Shown here in pieces: positions 38,601 to 47,382 of a DNA stretch of 64,000 nt. The stretch comes from Anaeramoeba ignava BMAN (taxonomy: Eukaryota; Protista; Anaeramoebae). The first letter of the stretch is position 1, and every line of letters begins with the position of its first letter. The position numbers and the translations under genes were made by a program. The stretch spans positions 186,001-250,000 of the forward strand of contig JAPDFW010000080.1 in the NCBI GenBank assembly GCA_028826165.1, given 5' to 3'. Below the pieces are notes generated by a model. The model was not told where the DNA came from and ran no database searches. It saw only the letters and a program-made list of their open reading frames with translations.

Positions 38601-41600
38601 GTTTTGAACCATTTCAAGCCAATTTCTTGGAAATTTTTGATTTTATCCATTCTATTGGTTTTATTTGTATTTACAATTTCAAGAGATTCATTTTTTATTG
38701 ATCGTCCTCCTTTTGATTTCATAATCTTTCTTAAACCGCTTAAAAAAAGCTCAATTTGGATAATTGCAGCTGCGATAGAAATTGGAAGTCTGTGATCTGG
38801 ATTTGATTTAACTTCCACAAACTTTCTCACTCTATTTCGATTTTTATGAACTAACTCAGCAATATTTTTGACTGGGAAATATTCAAATGAATTGGCAATA
38901 AAGCTTTCCTTTTCGGGTTTTTTGGATGTTGTAACAGGTATTTGCACTTCTTTTGTGGGAAGTTTGATAAATAGGTTTGATAAAAGTTTCACATAAATAT
39001 CATCTAATTGAGTGTGAAATGAAAGTCTTTCCTGGAAATTATTTGATGAAACTCGGATCAATTCTAAAAATTTGGTGATTTTTCGTTCCATTTGGTTTAA
39101 TTTTGAATTTTCAAATTCAAGAAAAATAATATCATTATCAAATAGATAATGTGAAGAAATCAAATCAACAGGCTCAAATGTTGGTTTAGCTTGTATTTTT
39201 TTGCCAATATATTTGCGAATGAAATGATTTTGTTGGTCATTTTGAAATGTTTGAAGATTTTGCAAATTGGGGAGTTGTTGATTTTTCATACTTTTTATAC
39301 TTTTTATATTTTTCATACTTTTTACATTTTTCATACTTTTTACATTTTTCATATTTTTCATACTTTTCATATTTTTCATATTTTTCATACTTTTTATACT
39401 TTTTATATTTTTGGGACTATTTTTTTGTTTTTGCTCTTTTATTTTTATGTTTTTCGGATTTCGTACAATTTCTATTCCTTTGCTAATACTAATATTATTA
39501 TTGTTATTATTATTATTGTTATTATTAGTATTTTGATCATCTAAATTCAATGATTCGTTTTGTATTTGGTTTTCTAATTTTTCATTTATTATTGGTTCAG
39601 AAATTTGATTTCCTAATTGGTTTAATTTATTATCCGATTTCCGAGATTTTGATTCATTTGCATCACTATCAGGATCAACCTTGAAAATATTTTGATTCAA
39701 ATCTAACAATAATGGCTTCCGAATTTTAAATTGAGAATGGAAAAAGAACGATGCTTTTTCTTCTATAGAAGAAATAATTGCATTTTTTGGGATCAGTTCT
39801 CTCCAACAAGCAGAATCAAGAAACAACAAACTTTTGAGCTGTTTGAAATTATAAATGTCCATGTTGTTTCTGAAATATTTTTCGGAAGTTTCGAATAATT
39901 CCTCGATATCATTTGTTAGCCAATGTTTCATTGTTGAAAAAAAGATTGATTTATCGTTCTTTTTCCCCCAAGAAGGATTGCTTTTCAAGAAATCCAAATG
40001 CGCATTAAGTAAATCAATCACATTATCAGAATATCCGCATAATTCAAATAATTGTTTGCCAAACCAGGACTTATTGCTAGGTATTGATGTTGAAGGTTTT
40101 GAACTAGTATCTGTAGAGAAATATAGTTTGAAAAGTACTTGCCAAATTAATGGAGACAAATCTGAGTCGCATTTCAATGCAAATTCGATCCACCAAAGTA
40201 AGTAATTTAAATGCTTGATGATTGTTTTGTCCTTCCTCAGTTCTTGGACGGTTTTCCCTGAATTTTGAATAATTTGCCCAATCACTTGCAAAACATCCCT
40301 TTCGATTTCCGTTTCTGAAAGCAAAATTTCAAAGAGAAAATACGAGGAATCTTTGATGATTTGCGCACGCAAACTGGCAGGGGTTTTTGAGAAGGGAAGA
40401 AATGATGTATAATCGTATAAATTTGAGTAAATGTGATGTATTTTGATATGGTAATTTTTGTTCCAGAGCTCTTTTAAATTGATTGAATTTTTCTTGTTTT
40501 GCTTTAATTCTTGAAACCGAAAAAATTGTGAATATAAAAAATCACGGATAACCTCGTGGAATTCAAATGCAAATCCGACTTGGAAAAGAGTATCCATTGT
40601 TTTGAAACATGCCTCTGTTGAATACCAATTTGGAATGTTGGAGAAAAGATGGAGCCAAAAATGAAGCATGTCTTCTCCCTTGCAAAACAATCTTTTTTCA
40701 AGATTTTGATATTCGTTTTGGAAGTTCTGGTTGCTAATATTTGATTCGCAAGTTTTTCTTTTTTCCATTGTTATTTTTTCTCTTTCTCTTCGATAGATCA
40801 TCGAGACAGCCATGAGCTCCAGTATCTCGTATGGATGAGAATATGAAGTTGTTGATGAAAGAGAAGACTGTGATTTTATACGCGGAATTTCGCTTATATT
40901 TTGTGTCAATCTGCTTGGGTTGGTATCTAATAATAGCTCGTCATCCTCGTTAATGTTTTCCGAATATAATCCTAAAGCTTCAGAAAGATATTTGTTCAAC
41001 ATTTGAAGAAGCCAAAAGGATTCCAAACACGAATGTGCATATTCACTTGCTCGAATTATATTGATTAGATTGTTGTCGACTTTCCGACTTTTCGGATAAA
41101 TTTTTTCTCTTATTTTCTTCTGTTGTTTCGGTGTAATTGGTGGATTTTGATAGATGAATAAATGAAGAATTTGAGGAACAAAAGGATAAAGTATTTTAGA
41201 GAAATGGATGAATTCTCCATACTGGACAAAGGACTTGAAAACTTGTTGGCGCAATTTATCAAGACTGCTATTCTTGAGTGCTTCAACACTGATCAGATTT
41301 GTTGTAGCTGCGATTGTATAAGATACAAGGGCGTCCGCTTTTCTTTTGCCAAGAATATAATTTTTGAGGAAGTTGATTTCTGAGTTTTTGTTGATTTTAA
41401 CCAGTATATCAAATGGAGGCAATCGAGGCTCTCCAAATTCAGTGAATAAATTTAGCGAGAAAACAAATTTCCTGCATTCTTCAATAATTTCCTTCGTTTT
41501 GGGAGAAATATTCTGGGGTTTTTCTTTAGTCATACTCACAAACTTGATCCAAAACTCTGTCACAATAAACAAAGACAACCGATGATAAATCGGTTCAATA

Positions 41601-43675
41601 ACAAGTCTTTTGCATTTCCCATCAATCATTTCAACTAGTTTTTGTGGAATTTTCACATTCCCATTATCACTTTCATTCGGATTTATTTTAAGGTTTTCTA
41701 TTTTTGATTCCTCGATTGTGTTGATACACTCTAAATTTTCCTCCTTTTTCTTTTTAGATCCTCTTCTAAATCCAAAATTCAATTTCTGCAAAATATTTCT
41801 TGCCAATTTGGACAGGTATTCTGTAGTGGGCGCCAAATTAAGGATCCATTCTCTTATCAAAAGAAATTCCTGTTTGCTTGGAATCCATCGTTCAATAGGA
41901 AGATTAAGAAATTGTTGCAAACGCTCCTTTTCGATTAAAGGCTGGAAATGAAAGAAAAACCTGAAAACTTGAGAGATGTGTTTCGGGTATTTTGAGCAAA
42001 TGTCTTTGATGTGCTCGACAATAGTTTCAAGATAGACGTCCTTCGTTTCAGAAAAAATAAACCCCACAAAACAGAGCTCGTTTATAATACAATTTGTTAA
42101 TTCTCCTTGGCTTTCTAAGGCAATCTTGCTTAGTGAAAATATCATAAAATGCCCGTTTGTATCAAGAGAATGAGCAAAAATTTTCCTTCTTTCTGTTTTG
42201 TGAAGAGATTCAGAAGGAGGAAATTGACTGAATAAATGAAGACTTGGTTGTTTAGTTTTTTTGGATTTCGGGATTTCTTGATAAACAGATTTTTCCCATT
42301 GTTTAAACGAATTGATTTTGATATTTGGATCGCCCAAATAAATTAGAAAGAAAATTTTCCATAATCCATTTTCAGATAAAAATTGGTAAGGAAGATTGAC
42401 CAATAAAAACTTTGCGGTTCTGCTTTTGCATTGCAGGATATGCGAGATACCCAGAACCATTACATGCTCCATCAAAATGTATTTTGAAATGCTAATCTCC
42501 TCAATTATTGACGAGGAATAGGCTCTGTTCAGGAAGAATCCCATTTGGGTAATTGAATAAGTCATTAATTTTGAGATTTGCAGAATATTTTCTTCCTCGT
42601 CAAAATGAGGAAGCATCGATGCAAATAAACTGAATAATCGGTATATAATTTGAATAACCGTTATCGGTTCGAATGGGGATTCTTTTGAGAAGATAAAATG
42701 AAAAAATTCGACAAAAGGCAAGTTTTGGAAAGCATGTAAAAATAGAGGTTCAAATTGGGAAGTTTTTTCCAATTCGGTTAATTCTTGATCTTGATCTTGA
42801 TCTTGATCTTGATCTTCTTTTTGATTTTCATTTTCTTTTTGATTTTGATTTTGTGAAAATGCATTCACTATTATTTTCCGTTTTGTGGATTTGATATTCT
42901 GGACTTTTTCTCTCAAAGAATGAGAAAGCATTTCAATTGTTATCAAGAAGAAATTTGCAGAATCAACGTCCCATTTTTCAGGAACTTGGATAAGAGAACT
43001 AGTAAACGCAACGGAAGAGGAAAAATTCATCAGGCAAACTTGAAGAAAAAGCAGCTGGGTTTTGAGGTTCATTTTAATCAAAATTTTGGAGAGTAGCTTG
43101 ATCCAATTTTGGATATACTCGATAATTTTTTGATAGACAATATCATTTTCTTTGTCAAGCGCTTCTTGTTGTTCTGATTTGGATTTGTTTTTTAATATTT
43201 TTAAATTTGCCTGATATTTTGATTGTCTTTCAAATGAATATTGCTTTTCAAGCATAAAAAACTCCTTTGTCAGGCTCATTATAAAATATTGTTTCTTTGT
43301 GGCATCAATTTCGTTTTCAAAAGAAGTATTATTTGGAACAAGTAATTTGGTAAAATATTGGGCAATATAAATTTCAATGCGAAAATATGATAATGTTTTT
43401 TCAGCCGAAAGAAGAAGAAGTTCAGTGTGAGTTTTTTGTCTAAAAAGCTCCATGATATTTTTCAAATGCTCCAGATCACCGGAAGCAAGTGTTTCTTCTG
43501 AGCTGATTTCTGTGTCAACATTTTGTGAAGAATCAAGAGAACGAGATGAAAATTTTTGCTCTGTATTTTCTATTTGCCACAATAAAGTTGATAAATTTAA
43601 TATTTCTTTATATAATTCTGGAATTTCATTTTTCAGTTTTTTTCTTGATAGACTCGCTAAAAAAAGCGAGCGCAT
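35687..43675 (-). CDS. EPG5: EPG5-like large helical autophagy tether (>=2662 aa); a short upstream exon probably starts at 43882
   Basis: Single 8-kb ORF containing LNLPIERWIPS..E...I.EW and LARNILQKLNFG, which resemble the conserved EPG5 segment. The size matches EPG5. Family call is by recognition only. Confidence 0.6.
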   Translation of the reverse strand: MRSLFLASLSRKKLKNEIPELYKEILNLSTLLWQIENTEQKFSSRSLDSSQNVDTEISSEETLASGDLEHLKNIMELFRQKTHTELLLLSAEKTLSYFRIEIYIAQYFTKLLVPNNTSFENEIDATKKQYFIMSLTKEFFMLEKQYSFERQSKYQANLKILKNKSKSEQQEALDKENDIVYQKIIEYIQNWIKLLSKILIKMNLKTQLLFLQVCLMNFSSSVAFTSSLIQVPEKWDVDSANFFLITIEMLSHSLREKVQNIKSTKRKIIVNAFSQNQNQKENENQKEDQDQDQDQDQELTELEKTSQFEPLFLHAFQNLPFVEFFHFIFSKESPFEPITVIQIIYRLFSLFASMLPHFDEEENILQISKLMTYSITQMGFFLNRAYSSSIIEEISISKYILMEHVMVLGISHILQCKSRTAKFLLVNLPYQFLSENGLWKIFFLIYLGDPNIKINSFKQWEKSVYQEIPKSKKTKQPSLHLFSQFPPSESLHKTERRKIFAHSLDTNGHFMIFSLSKIALESQGELTNCIINELCFVGFIFSETKDVYLETIVEHIKDICSKYPKHISQVFRFFFHFQPLIEKERLQQFLNLPIERWIPSKQEFLLIREWILNLAPTTEYLSKLARNILQKLNFGFRRGSKKKKEENLECINTIEESKIENLKINPNESDNGNVKIPQKLVEMIDGKCKRLVIEPIYHRLSLFIVTEFWIKFVSMTKEKPQNISPKTKEIIEECRKFVFSLNLFTEFGEPRLPPFDILVKINKNSEINFLKNYILGKRKADALVSYTIAATTNLISVEALKNSSLDKLRQQVFKSFVQYGEFIHFSKILYPFVPQILHLFIYQNPPITPKQQKKIREKIYPKSRKVDNNLINIIRASEYAHSCLESFWLLQMLNKYLSEALGLYSENINEDDELLLDTNPSRLTQNISEIPRIKSQSSLSSTTSYSHPYEILELMAVSMIYRREREKITMEKRKTCESNISNQNFQNEYQNLEKRLFCKGEDMLHFWLHLFSNIPNWYSTEACFKTMDTLFQVGFAFEFHEVIRDFLYSQFFRFQELKQNKKNSINLKELWNKNYHIKIHHIYSNLYDYTSFLPFSKTPASLRAQIIKDSSYFLFEILLSETEIERDVLQVIGQIIQNSGKTVQELRKDKTIIKHLNYLLWWIEFALKCDSDLSPLIWQVLFKLYFSTDTSSKPSTSIPSNKSWFGKQLFELCGYSDNVIDLLNAHLDFLKSNPSWGKKNDKSIFFSTMKHWLTNDIEELFETSEKYFRNNMDIYNFKQLKSLLFLDSACWRELIPKNAIISSIEEKASFFFHSQFKIRKPLLLDLNQNIFKVDPDSDANESKSRKSDNKLNQLGNQISEPIINEKLENQIQNESLNLDDQNTNNNNNNNNNNNISISKGIEIVRNPKNIKIKEQKQKNSPKNIKSIKSMKNMKNMKSMKNMKNVKSMKNVKSMKNIKSIKSMKNQQLPNLQNLQTFQNDQQNHFIRKYIGKKIQAKPTFEPVDLISSHYLFDNDIIFLEFENSKLNQMERKITKFLELIRVSSNNFQERLSFHTQLDDIYVKLLSNLFIKLPTKEVQIPVTTSKKPEKESFIANSFEYFPVKNIAELVHKNRNRVRKFVEVKSNPDHRLPISIAAAIIQIELFLSGLRKIMKSKGGRSIKNESLEIVNTNKTNRMDKIKNFQEIGLKWFKTLLEYQKDVALCDPFFDILFTKTIPKLYKTFIKDSGQILKYTIQYPNSLPYLITQFDPQNEGEKFFQLYRILIDSVIQKKNNTNVSALGTLWNFFSFKPWIKKSQMDDNFYFESAKNLIILCTIDLKEKFPSLFGHISQSLRHLFKKIMNTKFMDVFQFLFDMTTDPQISPDIWMFIQDHAHYICFPKILDQFAEMFANFLEKCSTKIQIPIEIYSYLSNQLRYFVPFFNKILVHFEREYPTNTEESMISVSGINEKLRLHFLFVWKIFKWFIIASNQKKIGDYTISPNSIKIIEKNEQNIIELLCSFISRLQFKKENPQIMTNFLFNFLDLMEEEYMFSDSFINIFILRLPWRDVVVSEELLLKILEVHKHIQFQLISEIFGLFRWENIDKKSKDNPRFNGILFRLALYPLIKFEDERTSNSSQKKYSYFLSKIMQQFNWECLETETYTQVLEDVFIKFEKIELKKITDNSLSLTLFEKSNRFQEHLHKSHDIPFSLQFIQSIGMIDKQKNIDKFLAYLSFAMNIIRFSFPEINKEEYVLFKDLTSKEQFSNLSNEQHDPKIKVEEKQTVIQPKFFLSGKANENKFNKNTLDSFSLKLCSGITPNDVSMIVINLVELIDQHNLVRERQMNVFEYFFRHFNYFSESNLTFVTIKTKTCIELSEIFDIGMAITSLLETDIESKTTFSILFETCLTKYLLSYGKSFKSLNEMIPENFTEKYKDSTEISYLLLTGSVFILIITLIKRLEKYSQSQKENKVAFLSLLLDEIIRWIFSTKLIGLEQVKSFFFIDAWFILLQSSLPSESESFVLKQKNFSLDLVRYLEEKSEKSKDIGNMNQDFDSKFYRFNFQDVRFCQFLLRLFMEKFLDSCQILSNESNEHFKYNFFRKNDPDLINKQIGEFRSSFAELTKNESDFLEYWSIFDESIILYEKTESIFSIQEFFHILISKIFSLKQPEFLSILHEVHSIMMNYLN

Positions 43676-44042
43676 TAATTTTGTAAGTTTTGTATTTTTT
43701 GGCTGTTTAATCTAATTTATTTTATTATTATTATTTTTTTTGTATCCAAAACCGTTTATTTTTTTATTATTATTTTTTTTATTTTATTTTATTTTTACAT
43801 TTTTATACGAAATTAAAGCTGTTTGAAGAACTGATTGAAAAGGATTTTCATATTTTAATTTGTCTTCAATGCTTTTCTCCATTTATTTATTTATTTATTT
43901 ATTTAAAAAAAATTAAAAAAAATGAAAATGAAAATGAAAAAAAATGAAAAATTTTTTTGTAATTTTTTTTTCCTTTTTAGAAAAATTTTTGGAAACAAAA
44001 CTTTCCAAAAAATCAAATCAATTTAAATCATCTTTTCATTTC

Positions 44043-47000
44043 TTATTTTAAAATAAGTGGATTAAAATATGGAAGATCTTCAAAACGAAAAATTGAATAC
44101 CAATCAACACGATATTTCAATTTAAAAAATTGCAATAAATTGTTTTGTTTTCCCAAATCAAAAGGATTTAAAAAAATGCCATCTTTCCAAAAGAATTGGT
44201 ATCTTTTCAAATTGATTCTTTCATTTGTTGTGATATTATGCAAAATGTTAAAAATTTGATAATATAAAATATTAATTTCCCAAGAAAAATAGAACAAAGT
44301 TTGCAAACAAACCGACAATAACCAAGGATAATAATGATATATTGAACTAATAAAAGATGGTATTGATGAAAAAGTTAATTTGGGAATTTCTGGATTTGAA
44401 CTGGCAAAAAGATAACTAAAAAATATAAAAATCAATTGAGTTATTGGCATTGCAATTTCATAAATAATGAAGATAATGTGATTTTTATCTCCAACAACAT
44501 TAAGTGTCCATGGACAAAAATGATCAAATTTCGCCACACATCGATTCGATTTTGCATCGTGTTTCGATCGAAGTGGCTTTAAAGATTGACATGTTGCACA
44601 AAAATTCCCATCGCTTATCGAAACTTTTGGTTTTGTTTCTGGTTTTTTTTTCATTCTTTTTTCGTTTTTTTCAATTTCTTCTGTGATTTTTTTTTCAATG
44701 TTTAATGGTTTTTGTTGTATAAATCCCGGATCTTTTAAAATTAAAATTGAAAACATCCACATCATGATTACATTTGGAAAAATAAATAAGATTGTTGATT
44801 TCGGATAAATTTTGATTGTAGGTAATTAATAAGAATGCAAAATGAAAAATAAAAAAAAATATTATTTTTCAAATACATGAAAAGTCAAGTAAAATTTTTT
44901 ATCCGATTTTAAAAAATTTAATTTTATAAATGAATTTTAATTTTATAAATGAATTTTAATTTTATAAATGAATTTTAATTTTAATTTTATAAATGAATAT
45001 TAATTTTAATTTTAATATTAATTTTAATTTTAATTTTATAAATGAATTTTAATATTAATTTTAATTTTAATTTTATAAATGAATTTTAATATTAATTTTA
45101 ATTTTATAAATGAATTTTAATAAAGGATATTTGGCAGAACTTGAAAGAAATATGTTAGATAATCAATCAAATACATTGCAGTAACAGTTCCAAAAACAAT
45201 AGGTGATTGTCCTTTGATTTTTGATGGATATTTTTTCCCAATCTTCAAGAAAAGATAAATTATCAAAGGAATTGAGAAAAGTGAAAGTGCAAATGGAAAA
45301 TTGGAAAAAATTAAATTCATAATTAAAAATGTAAATAAAGGGAAAAAACCAAATAAAATTTTTAAATGAGATCTAATAAATGGATTTTGTAATATTTGTA
45401 ATTCTTTTTTGACACTTTCTAAAAATTCAGAAATATAAAACATTCTTTTCTCTCTTGCAATTTGGATTGGTGTTTTTTGTGATTTATCCTCAATATTAAT
45501 TTTTGCTCCATGTTGAACAAGAATTTTTACTGCTTCAAGATTTCCTGAAATTACAGCATAATGAAGTGGTGTTCTACCGAAAGAATCTATTGTATTTGGT
45601 GAACTACCTAAAGATATTAAATATCTGATAATTTCTACACTTCCAGAACCACATGCATGATGAAGTGCTTTTGATTTTAATTTTGATTTTAATTTATATT
45701 TTGATTTTGATTTTTTATTTTAATTTATATTTTGATTTTGATTTTGATTTTGATTTTGATTTTGATTTTAATTTTGATTTTGATTTTGATTTTAATTTTG
45801 ATTTTGATTTTAATTTTGATTTTGATTTTAATTTTAATTTTAATTTTGATTTTGATTTTAATTTTGATTTTGATTTTAATTTTGATTTTGATTTTAATTT
45901 TAATTTTGATTTTAATTTTGATTTTGATTTTGATTTTGATTTTAATTTTGATTTTGATTTTAATTTTGATTTTGATTTTAATTTTGATTTTAATTTTGAT
46001 TTTGATTTTGATTTTAATTTTGATTTTGATTTTGATTTTAAATTTTTATTTTAATTTTGATTTTGATTTTGATTTTGAATTTGATTTATATTTTGATTTT
46101 GATTTTGATTTTGATTTTGATTTTAATTTTGATTTTCATTTTGATTTTGATTTTGATTTTCATTTTGAATTTTGATTTTAATTTTGATTTTAATTTTGAT
46201 TTTGATTTATATTTTGATTTTGATTTTGATTTTGATTTTGATTTTGATTTTTGGGTTTTAATTTTGATTTTGATTTTGATTTTAATTTTAATTTTAATTT
46301 TAATTTTGATTTTGATTTTGATTTTGATTTTGATTTTGATTTTGATTTTAATTTTGATTTTGATTTTGATTTTAAATTTTTATTTTAATTTTGATTTTGA
46401 ATTTGATTTTAAATTTTAATTTTGATTTTGATTTTGATTTTGATTTTGATTTTGATTTTGATTTTGATTTTGATTTTAATTTTGATTTTAATTTTGATTT
46501 TGATTTTGATTTTTGGGTTTTAATTTTGATTTTGATTTTGATTTTGATTTTAATTTTAATTTTAATTTTGATTTTGATTTTTGGGTTTTACTTGTTCTTC
46601 CACTATCATCTAAAAGATCATAAGGAACTCCTCGTTCAATTAAGTAATGACACATCAATAAACGTTTATGTCTTCCTGAATGATGAATAGGTGATAATCC
46701 TATTGAATCTTTCTATTAAAAAATTAAATGGAAAAATTAAATTGAAAAATTAAATTGAAAAATTAAATGGAAAATTACTTGATAAAGATTTGCATGGTTA
46801 TTAACTAATACTTGGGAAAACATAATTGCTTGAGAAACAACTGCCCAAATTAATGGTGATTGTTTTCTTGGTCCACCTGGAGTATTTATATTTGCTCCTT
46901 TTGAAATTAAAATTTTTGCAATATGAAAACTATCTTTTGCAGCACACCAATGAAGAGCTGTTGCATCTAAAAGAAAAATTAAATTAAAAACGTTTTCAAT

Positions 47001-47321
47001 TTCTTTTCCATTTTTCCTTCTTTTTTGATATTTAATAAAATTTAGTAAAATTTAATAAAATTTACTTCTTGAATCTAAAGTATTAACATCAAAACCACTT
47101 TCAATTATTTCTTTAACTAATTTAAAATTTCCATGTTTTGTTGCTTCACTTAAAACATGAAGTTTTTCCATTTGATAATATCGATTTTGATTTATATTTT
47201 GATTTATATTTATATTTTCATTTTGATTTGTATTTATATTTTCATTTTGATTTGTATTTTCATTTTGATTTAAATTTATATTTTCATTTAAATTTATATT
47301 TTGATTTGTATTTTCATTCAT
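44043..47321 (-). CDS. Akr1/ZDHHC17-type ankyrin-repeat palmitoyltransferase (~626 aa); exons 47321-47066, 46966-46779, 46712-46592, 45667-45131, 44821-44043
   Basis: Ankyrin repeats (TALHWCA, SPLIWA, TPLHYA), TM helices, DPG, CATCQ..KPLRSKH, DHFC (Akr1-like DHHC variant) and TTNE. Total length is divisible by 3 when the AT-AC intron is used. Confidence 0.88.
44822..45130 (-). other. AT-AC intron with U12-type 5' splice site (309 bp)
   Basis: Donor CCAA|ATATCCTTTA and acceptor TAATTAC|CTACA. It is the only junction found that restores the frame and keeps the TM helix before DPG. Confidence 0.75.
45670..46585. repeat. (ATTTTG/ATTTTA)n microsatellite in DHHC intron 3
   Basis: Directly visible. 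Confidence 0.93.
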
Positions 47322-47382
47322 TTTTGGATTTGGAGAAGAAAATGAAAAAGAAAAAAATAATTTTCCATTTTTTTTGTTTTTT

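Noticed and set aside
45653-46690. Plus-strand IL/FD ORFs
   Set aside because: They are antisense to the microsatellite-filled intron 3 of the DHHC gene.
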